A DNA stretch of 64,000 bases from contig CBDCVK010000010.1 in NCBI GenBank assembly GCA_965223005.1, positions 1,344,001-1,408,000 on the forward strand. Reading direction: 5' to 3'. Below, piece by piece: positions 29,771 through 38,893 of the stretch. Position numbers and translations under genes: made by a program. The notes under the pieces are model-generated. The model was not told the origin of the DNA. It did not search any database and worked only from the letters and a program-made list of their open reading frames with translations. Position 1 is the stretch's first letter, and every line of letters starts with the position of its first letter. The stretch comes from Terriglobia bacterium. Lineage in GTDB: Bacteria; Acidobacteriota; Terriglobia; JAJPHL01; JAPKYU01.

Positions 29771-31741
29771 CTATGGTTCTTTCTTGGATCCTTCTTTTTC
29801 GGACCCCTCCGGCGCATCCCCTTCCGTTGCATCTGGCTTCACGACCGGCTTCAACACTGGCTTCAACACCATTAAGGGAACCTCTCGAACCAGCGCGGGC
29901 GTGCCGATCTTCCCTTCCACAACAGGCCGGGCCATCACACGCAGCACCTGCGGGAGGCGCGTCAGCGGAGCGTCGGCGCTCGCCGCGAGCAGAATGATGG
30001 CTTTCTGACTCTTCGGCAAATACAGCTCTTTCGCACCGTCATTGAGTGGAGGTGGCGTCTCTTCTTCTACTTGGGTCGCGGTGGAAACACGGACTCCCGG
30101 CGGGAGATTCTCCACTTCCAGCGAGATGTCACCGGAGTAGCCTTCTTCCTGCTCGGTGATGACTGTGAGTTTTGCGGCCTCCCCGCGAGCCAGATTGATT
30201 CGGCTTTCCATTACATCGATCTTGCCCATGTGAGGGATCTGGGGCCGGATCAGGATTCGGTACCGAAAGCTGGAGCTACCGTTCCGCGCTGTCAGGTCCC
30301 TCACCTGAACGAGGTACTCTTCGTCGCCGCCGAACGAGTAGATCGTCTTTGGCTCGATTCGTTTGATCCAGTCATCGCCGTCGCCTGCGATCCACCGGTA
30401 AATGTTCGTCACCAGCTCCCGCTCCCCGTTTGCCTCCATCACTCTGATCTTCGGGTTGAAGACGGGCGGAGACGCATCCGGTGTCTCGATTTCGAAGGCC
30501 AGCTTCTGCGTTCCTGCCACGCGAATCTTGTAGAAATCAACGTCACCAGGGCGGTCAATGGCGCCTTCCAGCAGTGCCGGAACCCTCACTTCGATCGCCT
30601 GGCTGGGCGCATCGTTGGGTTCTTGCTCGGCCGCGCGAACAGCGGCGTCACTCGCAGATGCCGGATCTTCGCTCTGCGCCTTTGGCACATCTGGCCCAGT
30701 TGTCTGCGCGCCGGACGAAGTGCTTTCCCCCGCAGCCTTCTCGGCTTGCTGCGTCGGCACGGTTCGGGAGAGCAGCAACTCCGGACGACTTGGCTCCAGC
30801 TTTCGCTCGAAGGAGCGCTTGAAAACGTCCACCGCGAAGGATTCCTCCGGAAGGACGGGCGGAGCGTCCGCAGGGCCTGCCAGGAGCTGGTACGAGTATT
30901 GAGGACGGTAAATGTTGAGGAAGGAGCTCACGGCCAGCAAGTACCGGCCGGACTTCGGAAAACGGTAGCGAAGGACGCTCACTGGTTCCAGCGCGATCGG
31001 TGGGTAGACGACCGCGAGCCGTCGCCCGCGATTGGCGTCGAACCAGCTGCTGCCGGGTTCCTCCAGCGTGAGCTGCGGCCCAAATTGCCGGCCCGCTCCG
31101 AGGCCGTCTCCGCCGGAGCGCATCACAGCGACGAACCGAAGCTCCTGGCCTTCGTCAACCTCGAACGAGTAGTAGTCGAGCTGTCCTTCCTCGCTGATCC
31201 GCCCGGTGACCACCGCCGGCAGAGTCAGAGGCTGCGCGTCCGGCGGTGTACTGTGCGGGTTGCGTGTTTCGAGGACTACCGGCCTAGTATGGACAAAGAA
31301 GGAGAACTGGTTGGAAACACCCTTGGGAGACACCAGCCGTAGCGAGTGGCGCCCGGGCGGGGCGGCCGGGTCCACATTCACTTTCACCACAACCCGGTGG
31401 CCGCGGAGTCCCTTTTTCACTTCCGCTTCATCCTCGGGCGTTATTTTCAGCTTGATCTCTTCGACCGTTTCCACCTTCCCCGTCAGCAAGGGAGTGCTGA
31501 ACCAAACCGCATGAGTGCCCTCCAGAACCCGGCCTTGAAGCTCGACTTCGACACTTGATCCTTGCTGTGCTGCCGTCGGGAAGATAGAGAGCAACTCCGG
31601 GGTCTTGGGTCGGTCTTTCTCCTTCGCCTCCGCCGCGCCAAGCGGCACTTGGGCCACGAGCAGGCAACAGAAAAAAAGCGCCGGGATGGACGTACGCCTC
31701 CGCGGTGTTACGCTATGCACTGACGGTCGCGCTCTCTGCAT
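29771..31741 (-). CDS. PPC (pre-peptidase C-terminal) repeat secreted protein, Planctomycete-type
   Basis: Signal peptide, SIFP.AAQQG..V.V, EQEPND, GDVDFY, QVRDL motifs; upstream of DUF1549/1553 and DUF1501 genes; start uncertain. Confidence 0.75.
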   Translation of the reverse strand: MQRARPSVHSVTPRRRTSIPALFFCCLLVAQVPLGAAEAKEKDRPKTPELLSIFPTAAQQGSSVEVELQGRVLEGTHAVWFSTPLLTGKVETVEEIKLKITPEDEAEVKKGLRGHRVVVKVNVDPAAPPGRHSLRLVSPKGVSNQFSFFVHTRPVVLETRNPHSTPPDAQPLTLPAVVTGRISEEGQLDYYSFEVDEGQELRFVAVMRSGGDGLGAGRQFGPQLTLEEPGSSWFDANRGRRLAVVYPPIALEPVSVLRYRFPKSGRYLLAVSSFLNIYRPQYSYQLLAGPADAPPVLPEESFAVDVFKRSFERKLEPSRPELLLSRTVPTQQAEKAAGESTSSGAQTTGPDVPKAQSEDPASASDAAVRAAEQEPNDAPSQAIEVRVPALLEGAIDRPGDVDFYKIRVAGTQKLAFEIETPDASPPVFNPKIRVMEANGERELVTNIYRWIAGDGDDWIKRIEPKTIYSFGGDEEYLVQVRDLTARNGSSSFRYRILIRPQIPHMGKIDVMESRINLARGEAAKLTVITEQEEGYSGDISLEVENLPPGVRVSTATQVEEETPPPLNDGAKELYLPKSQKAIILLAASADAPLTRLPQVLRVMARPVVEGKIGTPALVREVPLMVLKPVLKPVVKPDATEGDAPEGSEKEGSKKEP

Positions 31742-32086
31742 TTTCAGAAGCACCCCCTCAAATGAGCACCCCTGCCACTCTGTCGTCGGTAGCCTACGTG
31801 CAGGCCTATCTGCCTCCGGAGCATCCCACTTGATATGTTCTAACTTATTGACTCTAAATGTCAAGGCATTTCAGGATGCGGCGCAGACGCACCCCGTTGG
31901 CGCCTTGAATCCGAGGCCGGGCTATGGAGCAAGAAGAGAGCGCCTACAGCAGGTATTTCAGGTCGGTCTGTTATCATTGACACTGTTTCTGCTCGACAAT
32001 CGCAGGGAAATTGTCAAAGTACTTGCCTGAGCCCGAGGGCAGGCCCGAAGGCCTCCCCGATTCGAACCAACGAGCGAGGTTTTCAG

Positions 32087-32566
32087 ATGAAGATTCGAAA
32101 AGTGCAGATCTGCATCATTGTGAAGGACCTGGAAGCGGCTATGGAGAAATACCAGCGCCTGTTCGGAGTTGGACCCTTTTCCGTCTATACGGTCGACACA
32201 TCGAAGATGCGCGGAGTCACCTACCGCGGACAGCCCGCGAACTACCTGGAGCGGTTGGGCATCGCCAATTTCGCCGGCGTCCTGCTGGAACTTCTCGAAT
32301 TCCAAGGAGGCGAGAGCATCTACAAGGAGTTTGTGGACAAGCACGGCGAAGGCGTGCAGCACATCGGGCTGGTTGTCGAGGACTATAAGGTTGCTTTCCA
32401 ACAGATGCTCGACCAGGGATTCCACCACTCTCAGGGCGGTCCGATTGAGGGTCTAAACAGAGACGGGAGCTTTGACTTCTTCGACACCGAGCAGCAGATG
32501 GGAACTACTTTCGAGCTACTGGACTTCCCGGAGCAACTGGCGGCGAGCACGAACCTGGAGGTGTGA
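32087..32566 (+). CDS. VOC family protein (methylmalonyl-CoA epimerase-like)
   Basis: QICIIVKDLE, LELLE, EF..KHGEGVQHIG, TTFEL. Confidence 0.85.
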   Translation: MKIRKVQICIIVKDLEAAMEKYQRLFGVGPFSVYTVDTSKMRGVTYRGQPANYLERLGIANFAGVLLELLEFQGGESIYKEFVDKHGEGVQHIGLVVEDYKVAFQQMLDQGFHHSQGGPIEGLNRDGSFDFFDTEQQMGTTFELLDFPEQLAASTNLEV

Positions 32567-32638
32567 ACCGTGCCGGCCAAGTAGCAAGCAGCCTGCATTG
32601 GCCACGCCTGATCTTTGGAACTACAGGAGGTGGACATC

Positions 32639-34309
32639 TTGAGCTTTTCCCGTCGTAGATTTCTGAAAGGACTGGCCGTTTCTGCAACAGTACCCGCGGC
32701 TCCGGCACGAACGGAGCAGGCCACGACGCCAGATGTATGCGTTAAACCGCAAAAGGAAACACACGAATTCGACGTGGTGGTCATCGGCGGCGGATCGGCA
32801 GGTTGCGTCGTAACTAATCGGCTTTGCGAAGGGTCGAATCTTTCGGTTTGTCTGGTCGAAGGGGGACCAGATTACGGACCTGTGAACAGTGGTCAGTGGC
32901 CGGCGGAGTTGCTGGACGTCCGATATCCGCCCCCTACGCACGACTGGGGATACTTTGAAGAGCGCTGCGGCAGCAGGATCGCACCGGAATCCCGTGCAAG
33001 AGTGATCGGCGGGTGCTCCTCACACAACATGGGCGCAGCAATGTGGGGACTGCCCGACGACTACGACCGGTGGGCGCGCGCCGGGAATCCCGGTTGGACT
33101 TACGCAGAACTCCAGTCGGGCATCGATCAAGTCGAGAAGGCCAGCAACGGTCCGGCGGCCTCGTATCGCGGCCACGATGGGCTGCTGCCCACCCAACTTC
33201 TTACAGACACGCAACTGAACCTTTGGTCGCGGTCATTTTTAGAATCAGCCCACGCGGCTGGGTTCGAGCGACTGCACGATTTAAGCGCTCCACGTCCAAC
33301 TGAAGGTGTAGCGCCTCTCCATCTTAGCGCCCGCAATGCGGTTCGCTGGAACGCGGCGGTCGCCTTTCTAGACCCCGTCCGGAAGCGGCGCAATCTTACG
33401 ATTCTCGACAATTTCTTGGCAGACCGGTTGTTGATTCACCAGGATAAAGCTATCGCGCTGCTCGGCCGGCGTGGAGACAACGTGGTGGAATTGCGCGCAT
33501 CGCGGTTTGTCTTCTGCGCCGGGACCTACGGTTCGCCTGCGATTCTCATGCGCAGTGGCATCGGTCCGGCAAAGCACCTTACGGAATCGGGAATAGCGGT
33601 GCAGATGGAGTTACCGGGGATCGGGCGGAACTTGCAGGACCACCCTGGTGTGGTCGTGCTTTTCCAGCGCACACGGGTGGCCAGCAAGGCGCTCAAAGAA
33701 GAGCTCGCCAGCTGCCGGTTCTATGCGGCCCAGGCCATGCTGCGCGTGCGCAGTCCCTACGCGCAGGATGGGTTTGACCTGCATTTGCCGGCCGTGCAAC
33801 GCCTGAACGGGAATGGGGAGTGGATCTCCGCCGTTGTGGTCTTCAACGTGGCGCCACGCTCACGCGGCCAGGTCCAGTTGCTTGGGCCCGAGCCGCAATT
33901 GCCGCTTCGCATTCAGAAGAGATTTTTGACCGATCCAGAGCAGCAGGACATTGCCGCGCTTGCACACGGGATACAGGTAGCCCGTCGGGTGGCACGCCAG
34001 AAGCCCTTGGCAGGTGCCGTTGCCCGAGAAGTTTTCCCGGGGGAAACTGTCCGAAAAGAAACTGAGGTTCACGCCTATATTCGGCGGATGCTAAGGAACT
34101 ATAACCACGCCTGTGGGACGTGCAAGATGGGCCCCGGCTCCGACCCCGCCGCGGTAGTCGATAGTTCTGGGCGGGTGCACGGCATCTCAAATGCATGGGT
34201 CGCGGACGCCTCCATAATCCCGCACATTCCGCGGGTCCCTATCAATTTGACCTGTATGCTCATCGGGCTGCGCATCGCCGATAAACTTCTGTCGCGGCGT
34301 ACCGGCTGA
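32639..34309 (+). CDS. GMC oxidoreductase with Tat signal peptide
   Basis: SRRRFLK, GGGSAG, GGCSSHN, LMRSGIG, GRNLQDH, H.CGTCKMG, VADASIIP; TTG start 7 nt after AGGAGGT. Confidence 0.9.
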   Translation: MSFSRRRFLKGLAVSATVPAAPARTEQATTPDVCVKPQKETHEFDVVVIGGGSAGCVVTNRLCEGSNLSVCLVEGGPDYGPVNSGQWPAELLDVRYPPPTHDWGYFEERCGSRIAPESRARVIGGCSSHNMGAAMWGLPDDYDRWARAGNPGWTYAELQSGIDQVEKASNGPAASYRGHDGLLPTQLLTDTQLNLWSRSFLESAHAAGFERLHDLSAPRPTEGVAPLHLSARNAVRWNAAVAFLDPVRKRRNLTILDNFLADRLLIHQDKAIALLGRRGDNVVELRASRFVFCAGTYGSPAILMRSGIGPAKHLTESGIAVQMELPGIGRNLQDHPGVVVLFQRTRVASKALKEELASCRFYAAQAMLRVRSPYAQDGFDLHLPAVQRLNGNGEWISAVVVFNVAPRSRGQVQLLGPEPQLPLRIQKRFLTDPEQQDIAALAHGIQVARRVARQKPLAGAVAREVFPGETVRKETEVHAYIRRMLRNYNHACGTCKMGPGSDPAAVVDSSGRVHGISNAWVADASIIPHIPRVPINLTCMLIGLRIADKLLSRRTG

Positions 34310-34380
34310 ATCCTCGGGGGTCACATCGCCCCGATAACCAAAGATTAAAGCCGGAGTTTCCGTTCTAAGGCCAGTACAGG

Positions 34381-34860
34381 TCAGGTGTCTTTTTCCTGTT
34401 CGCGATGGTGGCCGATAAGCATTAGTACAAGTTGTGCCTGAAGGCGTCCTAGTGGGCCACTGGAATATGTTGCATTGAACACTTTTCGATCGCGCAAGAT
34501 GAAATTGGCAGGTTGGAAGTAACCGTGCTCACTATCAAAGTAACCACCGATCTTGTCGGCTTCTTTCCGCACATCCAGCCCGTAAATTACCGGAAAAGTG
34601 AGGTTGTGCTTTTCAACCATTTTTCGCCCGTGTTCCTCTTTATCGACCGATAATGCGACGAGGCCGATACCTCCTTTCCTGAACTCTTCCTGATGTCCAC
34701 CGAAGTCTGCCAACTGCAGATTACAGAAGGGTCACCAATGTCCACGATAGAAAAGCACAACATTCCATTCTTGTCTCAAATCTTCGGGGATCGTCAAACT
34801 ACTCCCGCCCACAACAGGACCGCTCACATTTGGGAATAGGTCGCCATTATCCAGTCTCAT
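34381..34860 (-). CDS. Peroxiredoxin-like (AhpC/TSA) selenoprotein, UxxC motif
   Basis: ATG 34860 with AGGAGG RBS; reads ..VVLFYRGHW-U-PFC-NLQL; in-frame TGA at 34732-34734 sits at the redox Cys of the FYRGxWCPxC motif; continues in frame into ORF 34381-34713. Confidence 0.88.
34706..34720 (-). promoter_or_regulatory. Bacterial SECIS-like hairpin
   Basis: UCUGC-AGUUG-GCAGA starting 11 nt after the UGA. Confidence 0.65.
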
Positions 34861-35068
34861 AGAAACCTCCTGCGGCAGAACGCAGATTTAACCGGAATTT
34901 CCATTATGGCCTCCCGACGGGAGGAAGTGTAGATAAAGATATAGAGAACACCAGATCAACACGAAGGCCCTGCTCCGGAAAGTTTCATGCGGCGGAGCAC
35001 CGCGCGCCCTGTGGAAAGGCGCAGGGGCAGGGGCTGATGATGTATACTGCCGGCGGGAGTCAGCGTAT

Positions 35069-37027
35069 ATGGCGAAGCAGCGCAACGGCAGACTCACGAC
35101 GCCGCTGATCCGCGAGAACGGCAGCCTCCGTCCTGCCAGTTGGGAGGAGGCGCTCAACCGGGCGGCGGAAGGCTTTCAAACGGCGGTTCAAAAGCGGGGC
35201 CCGCAGACGTTCGGGATGTTCAGTTGCTCCAAGACCACCAACGAACTGAACTTCCTGGCCCAGAAGTTTGCCAGGACGGTTATTGGGAGCAACAACATCG
35301 ACAGTTGTAACCGAACTTGACACGCCCCCAGCGTCGTCGGTCTGGCGACAGTATTTGGGGCGGGCGGGGGCACCAGCTCCTACCGGGAAATTGAGGAAAC
35401 CGACCTCATCATTTTGTGGGGGTCCAACGCCCGGGACACGCATCCCATCTTCTTCCATCACGTGCTGAAGGGAGTGCAGGAGGGCGCAAAGCTGTTGGTG
35501 GTGGATCCTCGCCGCACCAGTTCCGCACAATGGGCGGACCTGTGGCTGGGGCTGGATGTCGGCGCCGACATCGCGCTGGCCAACGCCATGGCCCGCGAGA
35601 TTTTGGTTTCGGGTCTGGAGAACCGTGGCTTCATCGAGCGCGCGACCAGCGGCTTCGACGAGTACCGCGCTTGCGTGGAACGCTACACGCTCGAATACGC
35701 CGAGCAGGTTTGTCGCGTGCCGGCGGCCCAGATTCGGGAAGCTGCCCATGCCTACGCGAAGGCGGAACGCGCACAGATCTGCTGGACACTGGGTATCACT
35801 GAGCACCACAACGCCGTGGACAATGTACTGGCGCTGATCAATCTGGCGCTTCTCACCGGGCACGTCGGCCGCTACGGGTCCGGTTTGAACCCGCTCCGCG
35901 GGCAGAACAACGTGCAGGGGGGCGGCGACATGGGTGCCCTTCCCGACCGATTGCCCGGCTTTCAGCACGTGGAGAATGACGGGCTGCGCGGGAAATTCGA
36001 GCAGGCCTGGGGAGTAAAGGTGCCGGCTAAACACGGCTGGCGCCTGAACGAAATGTTCGACGCCATGGAGCGGGACGAGCTGAGTGCGCTGTACGTGATT
36101 GGAGAGAACCCTGCTAACTCTGAAGCCGACCAGCATCGGGCCATACGGCTTCTCGAGGGATTGGAGTTTCTGCTGGTCCAGGATCTCTTGCTCACCGCCA
36201 CCGCAAAAATCGCCGACGTGGTTCTGCCGGCGGCTGCGGGGTGGTGCGAATCGGAGGGGACCGTCACCAGCAGCGAGCGCCGAGTGCAGCGGGTGCGGCG
36301 AGCTCTGGACTCACCTGCCGAGGTCCGCGACGACCTGGAAATCCTGTGTGAGCTGGCGAGGCGCCTGGGCCATGAGTGGGGCCAGCCCAGCGCAGAGAAC
36401 ATTTGGAACGAAGTACGTCGTCTGAGCCCGATGCATACGGGCATGAGCTATGCCCGTCTGGAGCAAATGGGTGGAATTCAGTGGCCCTGCTATGACGAGT
36501 CGCACCCCGGTGAACTGTATTTGCATGGCCGGCTCTGGGCCACTCCGTTGGTGGGCCCCCGGGCGCCGTTCAGCGCGGTCGAATACGAGCCGCCTGTGGA
36601 TCGCCTGGATGAGCAGTACCCGATTCGGCTGACCACTGGCCGCCGCCTGGATTCCTACAACACAGGCGTTCAGACCGCCCGCTACACCTCCCCGCTGCGC
36701 CGGGGTGAGACGCTCGATCTGTCTGCGGAAGATGCCCGACGGTACGGCATTTCCGAAGGTGAGAAAGTGCGCATCAGCTCCCGTCGCGGATCGGTGGTGG
36801 CGCCAGTTCGGTTTGATACCGGCTTGCGCCCCGGCCTGGCGTTCATGACGCTGCACTTCCCCGATGAGGTGGCCACTAACGAATTGACCCTGGACGCCGT
36901 GGACCCGAAGTCCGGAACCTCGGAGTTCAAGGCCACCGCGATTCGCATCGATAGGCTAGACAGAAAGCTGGACGCCACGCCGCAGGCTGACGCCACGCCG
37001 GCTCGGGAAGCGGTCAAGTCCACATAA
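35069..37027 (+). CDS. Selenocysteine formate dehydrogenase catalytic (Mo/W-bisPGD) subunit lacking the N-terminal Fe-S module
   Basis: ORFs 35069-35320 and 35414-37027 are one frame across TGA 35318-35320: NNIDSCNRT-U-HAPSV; PLRGQNNVQG, ADVVLP, ERRVQ, EFKATA motifs. Confidence 0.92.
35333..35349 (+). promoter_or_regulatory. Bacterial SECIS hairpin
   Basis: GUCGUC-GGUCU-GGCGAC 12 nt after the UGA; resembles the fdhF-type SECIS apex. Confidence 0.8.
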
Positions 37028-37045
37028 TCAGCAACGGAAACCTAA

Positions 37046-38893
37046 TTGGACCTTCACTTTACCTCGGCCGAACCCACCACGGAGGAAAGATCGGCGGTTG
37101 ACCAGGCACTTGCGTCATCCAAGGAGACGGCCCGTCACCTGCTCTTGCCGGTCTTGCATTCCATCCAATCGCGGATCGGTTGGATCAGCGCGGGCGCCCT
37201 CAACTATGCCTGCCAGCGCCTCGAGGTTCCTCCGGCTGAGGCTTTCGGGGTGGCGGATTTCTACGGGTTGTTCTCGCTCACGCCGCGGCCTCCGAAAGTG
37301 GTGCACGTCTGCGATGACATTTCCTGCCAGACCCGCGGAGCTGCCGAGTTGTGTGAGCAACTGGAGCGCACCCACGGCCCGGCGGGGGCGCCGGGCGTAG
37401 ACGGCCGCGCCACCTGGCTGCGAAGCCCCTGCCTGGGTTTGTGCGAGCGCGCACCGGCGGCGCTGGTTTCGGCTGCCGGGGAGACCCCATGGGAGAAGGT
37501 GCTGGCTCCAGCCAAGGCGGAAACGGTCCTGGGGATTTTGAGCGGGACTAAGGCGACGGAGGAAGGTCCACCGGACGTCTTTGATGCCAGCGTTTCAGTG
37601 CCGCAGGCTGGCCAGCCCCTCTACGTGGAGCTGCGCTTGCTCGGTCGCATCGGCAAAGGGGACCCGGAGAGCCTCGACGACTATAAGTCCCAAGGTGGCT
37701 ACCAAGCGCTCGAGCGGGCGCTGGCCATGGGTCCGGAGGCCGTGGTCCGTGAGGTGACCCAATCCAAGTTGTTGGGCCGAGGCGGGGCTGCGTTTCCGGC
37801 CGGCCAGAAGTGGAGCGCGCTGTGTGCGAGCCGGTCTGCGCAGCGCACGCAGTACCTGGTCTGCAACGCCGACGAGTCCGAACCGGGAACTTTCAAAGAC
37901 CGCGTGCTCATGGAGGGAGATCCATTTGCCATCGTTGAGGCGATGACGATCGCCGGTTTTGCCACCGGGTGCGAGCGCGGTTATCTGTACATTCGCGGCG
38001 AATACCCGCTGGCCACCGAGCGGCTGGCGCACGCCATTGGCGCAGCCCGGAAACAGGGATTGCTGGGTGAAGACATCCTGGGACGCGGCGTCCGCTTCGA
38101 CATCGAGATGCGGCGCGGCGCGGGCGCCTACATCTGCGGCGAGGAGACGGCGCTGTTCAATTCCATTGAAGGCTATCGTGGAGAGCCGCGAAACAAGCCG
38201 CCGTTCCCGACCCAGGTGGGGCTGTTCGGCCAGCCCACGCTGGTGAACAACGTGGAAACGCTCGTCAACGTGCTCGGGATCGTGCTGGAAGGTGGCGGCG
38301 CCTACGCCGCCCTGGGGACCGAGCGCTCCACGGGCACCAGGCTGTTTTGTCTTTCCGGCCACATTACGCGTCCCGGCATTTATGAGACCCCGTTTGGCAC
38401 TACGCTCGGTGAGTTGATTGATCTGGCTGGTGGAGTCGGGGGGAGCGGAAAGCTGCAGGCAGTGCTGCTGGGTGGCGCGGCGGGTGCCTTTGTGTCGCCC
38501 CAGGAGATGGACATCCCCCTGACGTTTGAGGGAACCCGCGCCAGGGGAGTCACGCTTGGCTCCGGCGTCGTAATGCTGTTTGACGACACGGTCGATCTGG
38601 CAAAGATCCTGCTGCGGATCGCCGCTTTCTTCCGTGATGAATCTTGCGGGCAGTGTGTCCCGTGCCGGGTCGGAACGGCCCGGCAGGAGGAACTGTTGCA
38701 CCGGCTCGCCAGTGGCAGCCTCTTGGGGCAGCGCCAGGACGAGCTGGCCCTGCTGCGGGAAATGGGGCAGGCGATGCGCGACGCTTCCATCTGCGGATTG
38801 GGGCAGACCGCCTCGAGCGCCATCGAGTCGGCTCTTGCTCGCTGGGAACTGTTCGGGGCCACTGGGAGCCGTCCAGGAAAGGAGGCAACGTGA
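37046..38893 (+). CDS. NuoE-NuoF-like fusion (2Fe-2S, FMN/NAD-binding, 4Fe-4S) diaphorase subunit
   Basis: VCDDISC..CLGLC, GRGGAAFP, NADESEPGTFKDR, GAYICGEETAL, ESCGQCVPCR..SICGLG. Confidence 0.92.
   Translation: MDLHFTSAEPTTEERSAVDQALASSKETARHLLLPVLHSIQSRIGWISAGALNYACQRLEVPPAEAFGVADFYGLFSLTPRPPKVVHVCDDISCQTRGAAELCEQLERTHGPAGAPGVDGRATWLRSPCLGLCERAPAALVSAAGETPWEKVLAPAKAETVLGILSGTKATEEGPPDVFDASVSVPQAGQPLYVELRLLGRIGKGDPESLDDYKSQGGYQALERALAMGPEAVVREVTQSKLLGRGGAAFPAGQKWSALCASRSAQRTQYLVCNADESEPGTFKDRVLMEGDPFAIVEAMTIAGFATGCERGYLYIRGEYPLATERLAHAIGAARKQGLLGEDILGRGVRFDIEMRRGAGAYICGEETALFNSIEGYRGEPRNKPPFPTQVGLFGQPTLVNNVETLVNVLGIVLEGGGAYAALGTERSTGTRLFCLSGHITRPGIYETPFGTTLGELIDLAGGVGGSGKLQAVLLGGAAGAFVSPQEMDIPLTFEGTRARGVTLGSGVVMLFDDTVDLAKILLRIAAFFRDESCGQCVPCRVGTARQEELLHRLASGSLLGQRQDELALLREMGQAMRDASICGLGQTASSAIESALARWELFGATGSRPGKEAT

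Noticed and set aside
34905-35025. Moco/Wco riboswitch upstream of the FDH gene (GCCTCCCG and TGGAAAGG words present)
   Set aside because: The words are not arranged as in the known motif, and the best -10 box (35043) lies downstream of them; an Infernal scan would settle it.
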